DNA of 64,000 nt from positions 7,192,001 through 7,256,000 of the forward strand of contig CM120647.1 in the NCBI GenBank assembly GCA_051362555.1, in the 5' to 3' direction. The position numbers were made by a program, and so were the translations under genes. Below the pieces are notes generated by a model. That model was not told where the DNA came from. It did not search any database and saw only the letters and a program-made list of their open reading frames with translations. Below are positions 51,001 to 63,798 of this stretch, piece after piece. Every line of letters begins with the position of its first letter. Positions within the stretch are counted from its first letter, which is position 1. This DNA is from Lingula anatina. Lineage: Eukaryota; Animalia; Brachiopoda.

Positions 51001-51229
51001 AGGGTGTATTCCCAGGGATTTAGATCGACACAGAGATTATGATTTAGATCGACCTAACTCCCTGGGGGTCCACGCTACATTGCAGTCAGCCGAGCGCGCA
51101 CCATAGTTACTCACCGCCTTACAGCTTTCAGTATAGGCGGGACAGACGCTTAAGCCGGCTAATCTGACAGAAATCAAGTGAGACTCCCCACAGGGATAGA
51201 TCGATCTAAAATCTATGGAAATGGGGTCT
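51001..51229. mobile_element. Small Harbinger-like MITE (related fragment at ~7985-8040)
   Basis: Inverted GATTTAGATCGA / TCGATCTAAAATC ends. Shares the AGTGAGACTCCCC..GGGA.ATAGAT..ATC segment with 7985-8020. Confidence 0.5.
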
Positions 51230-51980
51230 AAGTATAGGTGGGTATAACAACGACGTTAGAATAGTACCATAATGTATTCACAGATATACAGGTCGGCAAA
51301 ACGCAAATTAATTAATATAAAAACAGGAGAATATTGGATCCAAGGACATAAAGTCACAGTGTACACCGCGAAGACACAACAAAGAATGCCTCAGAGGAGG
51401 CCTGAAGCGAATTGCAATTGTGGTTCCGTTCATCACAGCGAGTTGGTATAGAGAAAATGCATTCTGGGTACTTGGAGCACGGTCTCTGAATGGGAAAACT
51501 GGCATCCGCACACTATATTGACGGTTCGGTTTCCAAGCCTTGTGTTTTTAGTATGTAATTTATATAATAAAACAATGAGGTAGTGCTCGGCGACACATGC
51601 TTCTCTATACGCTATTGTTCATCCATACAATAAATAAACGCTGTTATATAAGCGATATGTTCGAAAAAATATACAGTTACATGTTTGTCAATATGTTGCC
51701 TTCACTTGGGGATCTTTACCGAGCAGGAGAGCTGCTGGTTTGACACGGGACTGTAGAAGGACGGTCAACTATACGTGGATCATGTGCAGAGTTACGGTAC
51801 CACATGTTATTACTATCCACCCTAGACATACATGTATTTAATCCACATGCACCGGTGCTAAAATATTGCCCTCAAAGGCGTTATTCGTTTACATTGGAGA
51901 TCTTATCTGAATAAAAAAAAAATATATATGGCCAATCAGATGTTTGATAAGAGCAAAAAATAAAAAAAATGCTTCTGATT

Positions 51981-52135
51981 TCAAAACATGTGCTCCATAT
52001 TCGTGTTAGAGATCTCTTGACATTTACACATCAGGTCGTAATTGATGCGTTCAGTGACTACGGAGTCCTTCTTGTAGTCCGGATGTGACGTCACAAAGTC
52101 TCGAATCCATCTGGCGGTGGTGGGCGTTTCTCCTG

Positions 52136-52176
<41 letters not shown>

Positions 52177-53183
52177 TGCTATTTACGACCACGTTCGTCA
52201 TTTGCCGCAGGACTGTGTATGCTATATTAACATTATAACTAAAAAACAAGAAATCTGAACAATGGAGCCACTGTCGTGTTAAAAATAAAATATAAATATA
52301 TCAACGTATACACAAGCCCTCCAAACATTCCGGAATAGCGTTGACGACACGAGTGAAACCCTCATAACAAACAGTTTACCACTTTGCAAAGACATAATAC
52401 ATATACATACATATTTCTGTTCATTATGTTTTCTATTATGATAATAATATCATCATATTACTCTTGAGAAAAGATTTATTCTTACCTGACGCTCTTTTCC
52501 CAATGAAGGCCAGGTATCGCGCTGCAGTCGCTCTAGTTTCAATATGAATCTTGTCGTGATCGTCTAAGTATCTGTTAACCAATGGGATTAATCCCGGGAA
52601 AACTTTGGACTTAAAAATGTAAATAATTACCTGACGCTCTTTTCCCAATGAAGGCCAGGTATCGCGCTGCAGTCGCTCTAGTTTCAATATGAATCTTGTC
52701 GTGATCGTCTAAGTATCTGTTAACCAATGGGATTAATCCCGGGAAAACTTTGGACTTAAAAATGTAAATAAATAAGCACTTAAATTCAATATATGGATAA
52801 TATACAAATATGTCAATCACTGACAGAAAATATTATGGAATTATGGTTTCTGCCCCCCCCCCCCCCTAAAAAAAATCCATAAAAAGAGGCTGGTATGTCA
52901 ATACCTCCATATGAAGTGTTTCTATACTGGTGTTTCTTCATGGAAAATCTTTTATTATTCTGCTTCCTTGCGTATGCATTAAACGGGAAGCAATGTATGC
53001 TTTTTAGTTGGTGTGAAGGTGTTTTATTGAGTGGTAATTATTTTACCTTTCCATTGAAAATTTCATCAGCTGTCATCAGAGAAAACATGTTATGATTCAA
53101 TTCATAGCCGTTGGTTTGGTGTATTCCGTTTGGGATTTTCAATGGCTCTGAAATAAGGATACTAAGCTGAACCAATAAAAGTA

Positions 53184-53228
<45 letters not shown>

Positions 53229-54209
53229 TTCTGCAAAAATTCAGTCAGAGAATAAACATGTATACCACATATGTGATAATTATTTGATCAAGTTAACAGA
53301 GGTGAGATAACAGTCACCTTTATTCGTAAATATATCGTCTCTAAAGTAAAACTTGCTCGATCTCACTGCGTCTCTTTTTGAAGCTCTTCCCATGTTTTCA
53401 TCGACCTAAAGAGATAAAGTGTTTATTCATATCTGTATATAATATATCATCTTAACAGGTTATTTTACCTTTCTCAATCAATTATTATCATAAAGATAAT
53501 TTCATTATTTTGGGAAAAATAAGTAATGATTATAAATAAGTCTATCACATTGTATATGAAACTTATGGAGTCCACGTAGAAGATGTTTTTTCAATTTTAT
53601 TATTATTATTATTATCATTATTATTATTATTATTATTATTATTACCTTTGAGATGGGTATAGCAAGGTTGATATTATACTTCAGAAGGGCACGAGTCAAA
53701 AAAACCACAAATACAGCAAATGCTGCGTTTTCAAAATCTGTCAGTTGTACCTGTAGAATACAAAATTGTCATTCATATTAGTAGATAAGTGAATAAAATA
53801 AATTATAAATAAGAAGACAAATACGGTGGATATTACTACGGCTGTGTTCCTTTTGTGAATTTGTAACAATGCCTTAGATGTAGTTTTTTCAGTTTATTAC
53901 AGTATAGGTACATTTTCAGCCTTTCTCCAGACGGGCATACATGCAATTTCAATATTCAAAGTAATCAAATGCAAACAGTGTCAACAACAAAACTCGAATT
54001 CAGCTGTTGCTCTCTTTAGAGTAAGCTATTAAAAATCAACTGAAGTTTCTATCAATGATTTCAAACATGATTCTGATATCTTATATTCTGCATTTTTAAT
54101 TGCACGCAGTGAGTATGAATTGAATTGCACAAATCAGTTTCATACACACACGCACGCAGGCATATATATGCAAGCTCACACAGACTCTCTCTCTCTCTCT
54201 CTTTCTCTT

Positions 54210-54284
<75 letters not shown>

Positions 54285-54653
54285 CAAAGAGAGAAAGAGA
54301 GAGAGAGTCTTTTTGTCGTACGTCCAATGGTCTGAACTCCAAACACCAGCCGGCTGACGTCGATGGAATCTTTAACCGAACAGACGGGTAATTATTTGCT
54401 TGTACGATCTGAAAGTAAAACTTTGTAATAGTGTATTGAGAAAATAATGCAGTTATGTTAAAGGATAGTTAAAAAGACATCAGCTTCTAGCAGTTGATGA
54501 TGTCACCAATGACAATGTACGTGCGAAAAAATGTTTTTTATCCAAAAATCAAAATTGATTGAAGAAGATGCGTCATTTTGTATTAGACTTTGTGTATTTG
54601 CATATGCTGTATATATTACTATTTTTTTTATTTTATTTTATTTTATGTTATTT

Positions 54654-54684
<31 letters not shown>

Positions 54685-57600
54685 TTCATTTTTTTTTGTG
54701 TAAAACTACTAAAATAGTTATTGTTGGTATAACCGTATAAAGACTTAGAGAGTCGAATCGTTTGTCTCCACATTGCTGCACGTGGCGGTCAGATAATCCC
54801 AAAGGATCTCGCGAGAACAGGTTCGTGACGTAACGAGACATGGCGTCATCCACCCCTGGTGAAATTAGAAAGAGTGCACATGAAAATAAAAGCATGCATT
54901 TAAACAAATTGAACAAAGCCATTAAGTATTGAGTTAAATAAAACACCAGTGTATATTTATGTCCATAAATTTTGCAGTCGAATTAAAACAAACCGTTCAG
55001 CAAATAAATAAATGAATAAATAAATAGCGAGCCTCATTGTAATTATTACGAGTGTATGATCCGTAACAAAGACAATGGATTCGTAATGGTAATGGAAATG
55101 CATTCTCGTTTCTTCATTATAAAATACAGATATTCTACTAAGTGGATTCAAGCCATGTATTGCACGCCTAAATAGATTTAATTATATACATCACCGTGTT
55201 TCAGAAGTGTCCCAAAGATCTCGTCATCCATGAACATCGGGCCGTCGTTATAGCAGGAGTTACAAGGTTGTGCATAGCAACTCACGGAGTCGATACGAGA
55301 TTTTGTCGTCCTGTTGGTGCCAGTTCTTCTATTCTGTAAATATCAACTTTCCAAATATGCAAGAAGAAGGCAGCAATACTGTAGAACAACACAAAGATAT
55401 GTATTTGACGCCAAGGAAGCCACGTGCAGTGCAAAATTACTTTTAACAGTTTAAATTAGAGGAATTTAAATATGGTTGTCCAATATAACATTTCAAGCAG
55501 AATCCTAAGAATCTTGGGGTGCTCAGTTTTCATAAAGACGCACAATAACGCAAACACCTTTTAAAGAAATGTGTAATAATTATACTCGCTATAATTACCT
55601 GCCACAAATGCTCTTGCGTTTTCTCATCGGTGTATTGAACAAAAATTGGCCAGCGGCAATCAACGTCTGACAAGTAGCCTCTGTGAATGGGCGTTGCTGC
55701 ACTAAGCGCCATCTATGGAACAATTCATAACATTTCAATCAACAATGCTTGAGATGGCATCCTCTGGGCAAACAAGTATATATGCAGTATTCTTAATCAA
55801 GCATTTTTGCTATGCAAATTTTGATGACATCATTTTGTTATGTTAAACTATGGCCCATATCTTGTCAAAGTGAACCATCCCAAGGGGTCAGTTTCCATTG
55901 GCCTATTGGGACACGTAGTCATCTACGTTATGAATATACCGTACATCCAGTTCAGGTATACAGTTTTTTCATAAAGTTGATGATCATCGACAATTAATCA
56001 AAACAAATATATCGAAAGTGAAAAATAATTTTCACAATCTTACAAGCACTGGGCAAAGAGCTGTCAGCTGATCATGTACAGCCCTGGCTTCATCTAAGTC
56101 ACGTGCTTGCAGGGTCAGTTGCAATGAACAACTAGCGCCAAAGAAACTGATCCCATTGTCTATATAGATTGTATCCTTCTGTGCCTCTTCCTGCGCTTTG
56201 CCTTTGTCGCCGAACTTTGAGAGGTCTTCTTCAAATGGATCCAAAGTGTGAACGTCTTTAAATACTGCAGAGAAACACAATGTAACTGTTAACTTATGTA
56301 TATTATATAGTATCTATATTTATAATATTTACATTGACATTACATTGTAATCAGTATTGGAAAAGACGCCTGGAGAAGAGCGTTGGAGGCTAAAACTAAG
56401 AGACTCTGGAAGAATTGAATTCAACTTTTGAGATCCCAGGACAGGTATGCATGGTAAGATAGTAAATATAATTAGGTGATCTATGCTCAAATGCAACTGT
56501 AGGAGTCAACGATATACATATAACCAATAAACATAAAATAGACACAGAAATTAGTGTGTTTACGCACTCGGTATATGGTCCGTGTGACGCCCTCTTCTGT
56601 TTAGCCTGTTGTTAAATGCCATTGCACTGTAAATATAAAGCATATATACTTACTGTTGTAGTCTAGTTTATGACACGCTGAGTATATCAGATAAAAAACT
56701 TAGTCCATGTACAGTATGTAGCATATTATTTTCGAGTATTCTGGTACACATGCAAAATATAAAAGCGTTTAATTGTCTTGATAAACCTTAACCATATAGT
56801 CAACACAAATTTTAGTTGATATGTTACATGATATGTTTAAATGTAAACATAGCTTTATCTGATACATTAATGCACACGAGTATACAGTGCAATGTCAGTT
56901 ATTAGATTTGAATTCAAACGATTTTTTCCAATGGTTAACGAAAACTTGCAGAAAATTGCTTATGAACAATTGCGAATTTATCTTTCCATGAATTATAAAA
57001 AAACGAAACAGCCGATAAAGTGTTTCGTTTTCTATGTCGATCTTACTTATATCTTCCCCCTGTAATTGCCGCATCTGGGAAAAACAGAGATTGTGTTATA
57101 CCGGAAGTGGGAGTTGGCGCATGCAAAGGCCAGGTGAAACCTCGACATCCGGTTCTGTGAGAAAAAGAACATGATGTTGAGTTCATTTATAATACATGTA
57201 AAATCATATTCTATTGAATGAGTATAGACTATAATAAAGTCCACGCAGTAACGAGTTAAAATATATTTATTGTTGGTTATTCTGGCATTTACAAATGAAC
57301 GAGAACAGTATGAAATAACAGTACCTCGGAAATGTTCCAATAGAAATAACAGAGCTGCTTTCCGAGTTGAATGCCTGTTGAATCAATTGCCTCCTAGAGA
57401 AATATGAAAAAGGACAAGGAAAAAATACAGTAAAATACAGTAACAAATTTACTTAGACTGACTGACTGACAGACAGGTAGATGGAAAGTGAAACCGGGGC
57501 CTAGACCCATATTTATCTACGTACCGTTGGGCCATGCTTCTTTCTACTGATTTGATGGACTCTACGTCTCCTGCATATGGCTTGAAAGGCACTGACTCTA

Positions 57601-58744
57601 CCATATAGCTTGAGTATTCCCGCTGCCAAGCGTCTTGCCATTGACTGAAAAAACAAATAATAATAATAATAATACATTTCTTGAACCCCCCCTGCTCGTG
57701 CGTCTCAGGGCTGTTAACATTTACATATTAAACTAAAACTACTAAACTAAATTAAAAACTAACATTAAAGCATTAAGAACTAGATGATAAAATTTAGCCA
57801 AAATATTATTTAAATAGAGAGGTTTTAATTTTTAACAGTGATAAAAGTCATCAAAATACACATTTGGTCTGTTAATAAAATTGGACCATAATATTGGTTC
57901 AGCAAGCTCAAAAGCCCTGTGACCAAATGTTTCAAGAGTCTTTTTGGTATAGTTTCGCTTCACTTGTAAATGCACTTGTAAATAAACTTGCAGTCGAATT
58001 TCACATTATTTACATTTTAATTCTAATGCAGCGTTTATAACTGTAAATCTAACATTCTGACGATGCAGCAGATTACGTAAAAAGTTAAGACTGAGGATAG
58101 AGCCATCTGAATAGACCGATTGAAATCTCTGGGAGAGAGGAGCAACACATACTGTCGGTTAGACTAACCATACGAAAGATATGAGAATTAGATATAAATT
58201 TTATACTTATTAATTGTTCGTGAAATACTGTTATGTTCCGTCTATCACATTGATACAAAGAACTTACGTATACTGTTCTTATTTTGACAATGTAAATGAT
58301 ACATGTGTTTAAAAAGGGGAGGGGGTCCTCTACATGCATTAATTGGCTGAATCTTGAGATGTAAGACGGAACCGTCAAGGGTTCTCAGTCTATTGACAGA
58401 AAATTATTTAAATTTACAATAAATGAAAGCCACACAGAATTTGCCGAAGAGCTCAATGTTACCCCAAGAGCATCATTTGGCAACCGTATGGAATAGGCCT
58501 CTGTAAAGCGTTCGTGCGTCTTAGAAAATAACATTGCAAGATTTCACCCTGGGGCCTATGAGAGGGTTGATTCCACAAAAAAAAAAGAAAGAGTTTGAGT
58601 GAGGATAAATTATAAAAAAAGACCATGATAGCGTGCTTGCCTTTTTCCCCCCGATTTCTTCAACGTGGCCACCAACTCAACAGCTTTAATGGCAACTTTT
58701 ACAGTTTTCTTCTCGTGGTCAAAATGCAATAGGATATATTCGGT
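51981..58744 (-). CDS. GCLC: Glutamate-cysteine ligase catalytic subunit-like protein, divergent paralogue (exon 1 not located; 570 aa in window)
   Basis: Exons in transcription order: 58641-58744, 57525-57644, 57325-57393, 57047-57154, 56568-56626, 56044-56264, 55599-55712, 55195-55333, 54734-54855, 54322-54408, 53646-53750, 53318-53405, 53047-53147, 52631-52754 (or the identical 52486-52609), 51981-52132. Total 1713 nt, frame open to TGA. Recognisable GCLC motifs: EYILLHFDHE, SLFFPDAAI, MALSAATPIHRGYLSDVDCRW, LFSRDPL, EFRPLDVQLTDFENAAF, FPGLIPLV, TTARWIRDFVTSHPDYKKDSVV. The donor at 54734 (GTTATA) is the least certain boundary. The symbol denotes family; one-to-one orthology is doubtful. 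Confidence 0.88.
52482..52771. repeat. Exact 145-bp tandem duplication containing a whole GCLC-like exon
   Basis: 52482-52626 and 52627-52771 read identically. Confidence 0.95.
54185..54307. repeat. Compound (CT)n(CA)n(GA)n microsatellite in a GCLC-like intron
   Basis: Read directly. The (CT)n and (GA)n arms are mutually complementary. Confidence 0.9.
57655..57950 (-). mobile_element. 3' end of an L2/CR1-like LINE in a GCLC-like intron
   Basis: The minus strand reads FGHRAFELAEPILW and later KTSLFK, followed by a (TAT)n tail. Confidence 0.55.
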
Positions 58745-59597
58745 CTGAAAAGAAAAAAAATTAGTAAAAACTCGCTGAGTATCTATAGACTTGGAAGTGG
58801 CTTAACGCGTTTCTGAATTATTCCTTTGGATAACAAGGCCCATAGCTTTTGTCTAAAAAGACAGGAAATAAATTTGGCCTGAAAAGACACCGCCGATTAA
58901 TATTTTCACAAAGAGATATTTGAAGGGAATTGGCTGTAAAATCATTGCGACAAAATACTACCAAATCCCACCTTATGGTTTCAAATAGCATAACTTAAAG
59001 AAATTCCAAAGAACATCGTTTCATATTTCTCGTAAAATAAATGACATCTGGACAGATAATTGCCGCTTTCTTTTTGTGCTGTATATAACCCTAAAGTTAC
59101 AAAATGATTCATTTATTTATAGGAAAGTATTTTGCACTATTACAAATGTAATATAATATTATATTTGTAATATTTTATTACAAATATAATATTGAGCACT
59201 TTGTCAAATACGGCACGGTTTTAGAATCACCTTTTTTCTCCTAAGAATATTTCAATGGATTTCATAACAGTATGGAGCTGGAATATTCAGACCAACAAAT
59301 GAATCAAAATTGTTCAGACAGGGTGTTAATACATCAGTTTTTTTTATACAGACGATAACAGGACTGGTAATCTGATGTGCATGATTGCTTTTTAATCATT
59401 TTCCTTTTGTCACAGTTATAGTGTTGAACGATAAACGGAGACCATAATCCCAATAGTACTATACCCCGTCTTTTTATAATAGTTGTGTACCCTGCCTGCT
59501 TATAACACCCGGTCTGGGAGCTGTTTCAAATATAAACCGTGAATCATCTCTTGGTCAAGATTAATTCTTAGCAACCGATCCAATGACAGCATGCATC

Positions 59598-59741
59598 GAC
59601 ATGAAACGATAATAATATTTCTCATTGTGATTAAATAGGCGCAATATAATAAGAATAACTTCTGCTGTTGACATGAAATGATAATAATGTTTATCATTGT
59701 GATTAAATAGGCGCAATATAATAAGAATAACTTCTGCTGTT
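59598..59741. repeat. 72-bp tandem duplication
   Basis: GACATGAAA...GATTAAATAGGCGCAATATAATAAGAATAACTTCTGCTGTT occurs twice. Confidence 0.9.
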
Positions 59742-60278
59742 GAACGCTTGTTATCTCTTTAAGACCCATATTTGGGCTAAAGCTGGTTAGTTCTCGCCAT
59801 TCACCGTTGTACACGTCACACGCACCACACACTAGCAAGGTGCCCGACACGTGTGACATACTCTCGTGCTTTGCACTGTACTCCTGCACAAATATCAGCT
59901 TTACCTTGCTTACCCCAGGTGCATTTAGTTCTTCTCGGAAATTACAAGTGGAGATAGTATATTAACGGTATTAATGTTGCAGACCCTACACTGGCTAGGT
60001 CAGCAGAGGCTACAGGTATTTATGATATGTTATCTTGTATGCTCAAAATAAATTGTTCTACATGTTCGCGGTCAGCACGTACAAAGAGGGGGGTCTTTGA
60101 AAAACTTTACCTTTTGACATCAAAATCCACGTCTATTCATAGCTTAACAAAAATTTAATAATCATATGTATGAAAAGTAATAAATAAACGACAACCGATG
60201 AGGGGTTCGTACACTCAACTGTGATGCTCGCAAGGTTCCCTCCTTTTGCCTGGGCACATAATGTTTGTTCACGAGTTG

Positions 60279-60760
60279 CACAATTTATGGCCAGTTTCTT
60301 TCTTTTTTTTTTCATCTCTTTCTTTCAGAAAACCACTAATTAATCCCTTTAAATGTACATGGATTTATACGTGGAAACCCATGTATTTTCACTAACAATA
60401 TTTTTACATATTGTGTACACTGGTCTTACTTTCCCTACCGGCTACTTTAATTTTCATAACAACATCGAACCCGGTAACCTACAAGGAATATTTCACATTG
60501 ACTGTACTATTCTACACTGTAGCTTATAGCACGGAACCATCATTTTATTTGAATGATTGTTGTTTGATTGTTAGAAAGAATCGTCATTCTCTCTCCACTT
60601 ACCAATTAAATATTAAATGTAATACGGGTAATCATTCAATAATAAAAATGTTGCATCTCCTGAGAAATAAAAAGTACTTCATATATACATGTAGTTTCCC
60701 GTCTTCAGAATGTTTATCTGAAATACAATCAAGGGGGATATTTTTACACAATTTATGGCC

Positions 60761-60791
<31 letters not shown>

Positions 60792-62263
60792 CATCTCTTT
60801 CTTTCAGAAAGCCACTAATTAATCCCTTTAAATGTACATGGATTTATACATGGAAACCCATGTATTTTCACTAACAATATTTTTACATATTGTGTACACT
60901 GGTCTTACTTTCCCTACCGGCTACAATTATTTTCATAACAACATCGAACCCGGTGACCTACAAGGAATATTTCACATTGAGTGTACTATTCTACACTGTA
61001 GCTTATAGCATGGAACTATCATTTTATTTGAATGATTGTTGTTTGATTGTTAGAAAAAAAGCGCCTTTCTCTCTCCACTTACCAATTAAATATAATTTTG
61101 ATAAGAGGGACTGTTTTGTTAAAAAGAGAACAAATACATTTCGAAAAATGCATTCCCAACATTGAATTTGAAAAATGTTCATGTTTTACTATATACCGGG
61201 AGAATAAAGTGCACCTAATATTAAATAGTGATAATAGGAAAATCCACTATAATTATTTTTTTCCATTGCCATGGATAATTATTCCATGACTTGGTATACA
61301 CGATGTTCAGAAAGCCACTAATTAATCCCTTTAAATGTACATGGAAACCCATGTATTCTCACTAACAATATTTTTACATATTGTGTACACTGGTCTTACT
61401 TTCCCTACCGGCTAAAATTATTTTCATAACAACATCGAACCCGGTGACCTACAAGGTATATTTCACATTGACTGTACTATTCTACACTGTAGCTTATAGC
61501 ATGGAACCATCATTTTATTTGAATGATTGTTGTTTGATTGTTAGAAAGAAGCGTCATTCTCTCTCCACTTACCAATTAAATATTAAATGTAATACGGGTA
61601 ATCATTCAATAATAAAAATGTTGAATCTCCTGAGAAATAAAAAGTACTTCATATATAGTTTCCCGTCTTCAGAATATTTATCTGAAATACAATCAAGGGG
61701 GATATTTTACCATCTTAGTTGACACAGTTTATGGCCAGTTTTTTTTTTTTTTTTTTCATCTCTTTCTTTCAGAAAGCCACTAATTAATCCTTTTAAGCGT
61801 ACATGGATTTATACATGGAAACCCATGTATTTTCACTAACAATATTTTTACATATTGCGTACACTGGTCTTACTTTCCCTACCGGCTGCAATTATTTTCA
61901 TAACAACATCGAACCCGGTGACCTACAAGGTATATTTCACATTGACTGTACTATTCTACATTGTAGCTTATAGCATGGAACCATCATTTTATTTGATGAT
62001 CGTTGTTTGATTGTAAGAAAAAAGCGCCTTTCTCTCTCCACTTACCAATTAAAGATAATTTTGGTAAGAGGGACAGTTTTGTTAAAAGAAAACAAATACA
62101 TTTGAAAATGCATTTCCATCATTGGGTTTGAAATGTTCATGTTTTACTATATATGGAGAGAATAAAGCGCACCCATTATTAAACAGTGATAATAGGCATC
62201 TGTACTATATTTATTTATTTTTCATTGTCATGGAATATTATTCCATGACTTGATGTATACGAT
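60279..62263. repeat. Tandem array of four ~480-bp units arranged as an (AB)2 higher-order repeat of ~970 bp
   Basis: The core TTG[TC]GTACACTGGTCTTACTTTCCCTACCGG recurs at 60411, 60890, 61381 and 61855. Units 1 and 3 share one tail; units 2 and 4 share another. Confidence 0.92.
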
Positions 62264-62637
62264 GTAGTGGATACATGTATTGAATTAAAACCTCATTAAA
62301 TACTCCTAGACATACACTATGGTAAGAACACATCATTTGAAGGAAACATCTGGTAATATTATCTGTTTCCCACTAAGACTTTTGAAAGAAACACTTGAGC
62401 TATCAATATTCGGTCAAATATTTTAGTTTATTTCTACTGAGTATATTTTTGTTTTTGTTCTTCTTTCCTTCTTCTCAGACTGTTAAAAAGATTAAACGTA
62501 ACAGGAGTACGACTAAGCAATTTATGGACTATTAAGCCCATGGTAATGTTCGGCTCCGGCGATGTAACATGTGTTGAAAGAGGCGCTAACATTTTGGCAC
62601 CGGGCATTGCAGGTCATAATGACATCGGTTTGCCTCC

Positions 62638-62671
<34 letters not shown>

Positions 62672-63758
62672 GAAGGAAGGATATATATGGCCTGGCCTAA
62701 AGTAGTTACCCGGCTGTGACCTTAGAAGATGGTCTCTATTTGATGTTCCTGGAATGTGCAATTAAACTCTCAGATAGGCACTTGAGTAAACAACCCGTTA
62801 TTGCGGAAGTAGTCGAAATCCCCAACGTGTTCGCGCCTGTTTCAATGCTTATCTGTTCATTTATTATAGTGACTTGTGGTTTTGGTCTGTCCATTTCGCC
62901 TGTTTTATGGTTGTGCCTTATCAATTCTTTCATCGTAGTTTCTGTCCAGATATTTCTTCACCTAACCCCGTCGGGCATTAAAAACAAACCATACTTTTTC
63001 ATGTAACTTTTACCTGTTGCCGTATCCCTTTAAATCCAAAAACTTTAATATATTTTTTAAACTTATACAGCTTTTATTGCTTTTAATACGACAACACTTT
63101 GGCAGAGCATTTTATTCAAAATATCGTATATTTTATACATTTTATTGGGTACCTTTATCTTTTTTTATTTCTTTACATAAACTTTTGTTAAATATCTCTA
63201 ATTACATTTCTTACTTTAGCCTAAAGTCGTTAGTTCTATATTACATGTAAGATTTTTTCTAAGAAATCAGTTTTAAGGTCGAGAGTGTAGAGAAATCTCT
63301 GTTGCTTGCTGCCGATTTTTTAAAATCTTATTTGTAGATAACACTGAGTAAAAATCAATTGTGCATTCATTAAGTGTTCAACCAAAGAGTGAAAATAAGG
63401 GAAATATCTAATTCCTATAATGTGTGCAATGTATCTGAACACATTTAAAATCATTTTAACAAATTAATTGACAAAAGCATAGATGAATGTAAAAAATAAT
63501 TTCAGAGTGCATGAAAGGCAAAATGTTCAACGATTTTTCCTGCCCGTACGCGTGTATTGACTGTCTTCGTTTTTTTACCAAAACTCACGGAGAGCAAAAA
63601 GAGCAACATATCTAAACTTTAAAAAATAACTTTTCTTCCCTCATGGCAATGTCCACATTGATAAGTGTTTTTTAAAGTGCGAAAGTCTGGTCACAGAACG
63701 CCACATCTTTTTGTTTACTTCTATTTGTTCACTTCAAACTTATATATAAACGGTGCTT

Positions 63759-63798
<40 letters not shown>

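Noticed and set aside
60411-61722. Three similar ORFs beginning MCTLVLLSLPA that look like a secreted peptide family
   Set aside because: They start at TTG, lie in the tandem repeat units, differ by frameshifts, run into poly(T) and show no recognisable domain.
60279-62263. Possible CRISPR-like repeat/spacer array
   Set aside because: Units are ~480 bp, the 'spacers' themselves repeat, there are no cas genes and the context is eukaryotic.
62521-63006. Moderately GC-richer segment with short ORFs
   Set aside because: No motif I can recognise and stops in the plausible frames; left unannotated.
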